DNA of 64,000 nt, from the NCBI GenBank assembly GCA_023402505.1, contig JAEYGD010000367.1, forward strand, positions 3,870 to 67,869, given 5' to 3'. Shown one piece after another: positions 62,960 to 64,000 of this stretch; position 1 is the first letter of the stretch; each line of letters starts with the position of its first letter. A program made the position numbers and the translations under genes. Below the pieces are notes generated by a model that did no database searches, was not told the origin of the DNA, and saw only the letters and a list, made by a program, of their open reading frames with translations. The DNA is from Actinomycetes bacterium (GTDB lineage Bacteria > Actinomycetota > Actinomycetes > Mycobacteriales > Micromonosporaceae).

Positions 62960-64000
62960 CTAGCCACGCCGGTGGTCGGATGGACCCGGGGCCTCCTGGC
63001 TAACGATGACGGGGCCTTCCGCGATGGCGGCTGGCGCTACCAGCACCCGCCCGCGTGAGGTGTCGGGCATACCGGCCTGGAGGGCAGGGCTTCCCAGGTA
63101 GCGGTAGGCAAATTCGCCGGGCGGCAGGTCCAAAGTGACGGTGACACCGCCTTGGGTACCCTGGTTCAAGTCGGTGCCATTCGAGAGGCGACACCGCCGG
63201 ATGTAGATGATGCTGGGGCCAAGGTCCAGTTTCCGTCCGGCGATCCGAATGATCGTGCGCGGCAGAGCCTGCATGAGCTGGAATTCTCCATTGAACTGGT
63301 GATCAATCCGGTCTGGATTGTCTGGGAAGAAGGTAAAGGTGACATTTTGGGCGGCGATCGGCACGTGCTCGCCAGCGACAAGACGCGCTGCCCGATGAAT
63401 CGTCTCAGCGTCTTGGCGGGTCAGGCTTGGCGGTACCGCGAAGGACGAGCGGGTGTGGTCCTGGATTTCAACTAGGCCCTCGATCAGATCCAACACCTGC
63501 TGCGGCACGGCGTCGCTCAGAGATTCGACGATCGCAGTGTCTACGAGAGGATTGCTGTCGGCGTGCAGGTCGAGCCGGAGGAGGTTCGGTGGTCGGAAGG
63601 CAGCGAGCAGCCGGAGAAGGGGCAGCGCCGCTGAGGGGCTGCCGAGCGGGCGCTCCACCACCGACACCACGATCTGTCCGACCTGCTGTAGGGGGTTCAA
63701 GCGCAGTTGAAGTCTGAGTATGCCGAGAGCGTCGGAGCCCTTCAACGTGATGCCGCTCTGTCCCCGCAGTCGCTCGGTAAAGGCGATCTCGAGACCTTGT
63801 TGAGGCATGCCGGCTGGCGTCAGCACCGTCAACGTGGCCAGCAGCGGAGGATCGATATGCTCTGGCACCGACTGGATGAACAGGCGGCTGACCTGTTCGG
63901 TCCGCGCGATCCCCAGCTCAGCAGGCGCGTCTACCGTGAGCGGTCCGACGAACTGCCCGGAAAGATCCAAATCGCCGCCGTAGGCAAATGCATCCTCGAC
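62960..64000 (-). CDS. hypothetical protein, 5' end outside window
   Basis: The frame is open to the window edge; the track start at 63970 is a TTG. The region has lower GC. I recognise no motif. Confidence 0.55.
   Translation of the reverse strand, partial: VEDAFAYGGDLDLSGQFVGPLTVDAPAELGIARTEQVSRLFIQSVPEHIDPPLLATLTVLTPAGMPQQGLEIAFTERLRGQSGITLKGSDALGILRLQLRLNPLQQVGQIVVSVVERPLGSPSAALPLLRLLAAFRPPNLLRLDLHADSNPLVDTAIVESLSDAVPQQVLDLIEGLVEIQDHTRSSFAVPPSLTRQDAETIHRAARLVAGEHVPIAAQNVTFTFFPDNPDRIDHQFNGEFQLMQALPRTIIRIAGRKLDLGPSIIYIRRCRLSNGTDLNQGTQGGVTVTLDLPPGEFAYRYLGSPALQAGMPDTSRGRVLVAPAAIAEGPVIVSQEAPGPSDHRRG

Noticed and set aside
62775-62963. 62-aa ORF in the spacer between the ABC ATPase gene and the convergent unknown gene.
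   Set aside because: There is no RBS and no recognisable features, and it overlaps the 3' end of the convergent gene. It is probably a spurious ORF.

Overview
This is high-GC (about 70%) actinomycete-type DNA, and almost all of it is mobile or accessory. All functions are inferred from motifs I recognise by eye; nothing was searched or aligned.

**Layout**
- **1-4.5 kb:** a translationally coupled DNA-modification module on the minus strand (methyltransferases plus a PAPS-reductase-like gene). Its last gene, a C5-methyltransferase, is cut by an IS110-family element.
- **4.5-7.1 kb:** a largely non-coding control region packed with TGTCACAG/TGTGAG motifs and bounded by a 43-bp inverted repeat. 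It surrounds a sigma/HTH-like gene.
- **7.1-39.1 kb:** a Gram-positive-type T4SS conjugation module, as found in integrative conjugative elements (ICEs). It carries a VirB2-like pilin, VirB6-like protein, PrgI/VirB3-like protein, VirB4, a VirD4-type coupling protein, a replication-relaxation protein, an NlpC/P60 hydrolase, an AAA-VWA pair and many hypothetical genes.
- **18020-26692:** a complete Tn7-like transposon (tnsA-tnsB-tnsC-tniQ) interrupts the T4SS module. It has exact TGTGA termini, repeated 20-25-bp end sites and a 5-bp CGAAC target duplication. Its cargo is a nitrilase-superfamily/deoxyribosyltransferase-like fusion plus a SAM methyltransferase.
- **39.7-47 kb:** an IS5-like element, a lower-GC island (secreted inhibitor-like protein, lipoprotein, PG-binding adaptor + MacB-type ABC transporter) and an ISAs1 remnant.
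- **47-55.7 kb:** a minus-strand cluster of a DUF2637 protein, two membrane-anchored SARP/BTAD paralogs (one with LysM) and an Hsp70-like membrane protein.
- **56.0-57.2 kb:** an IS630 element.
- **59.1-62.7 kb:** a three-gene ABC-three-component (ABC-3C)-type locus (nuclease-like effector, small middle component, DUF3732-type SMC-like ATPase), followed by an unknown gene that runs off the window.

**Best candidates for a novel system:** the ABC-3C-like triad, the Tn7-like cargo fusion, and the Hsp70/SARP/LysM membrane cluster.
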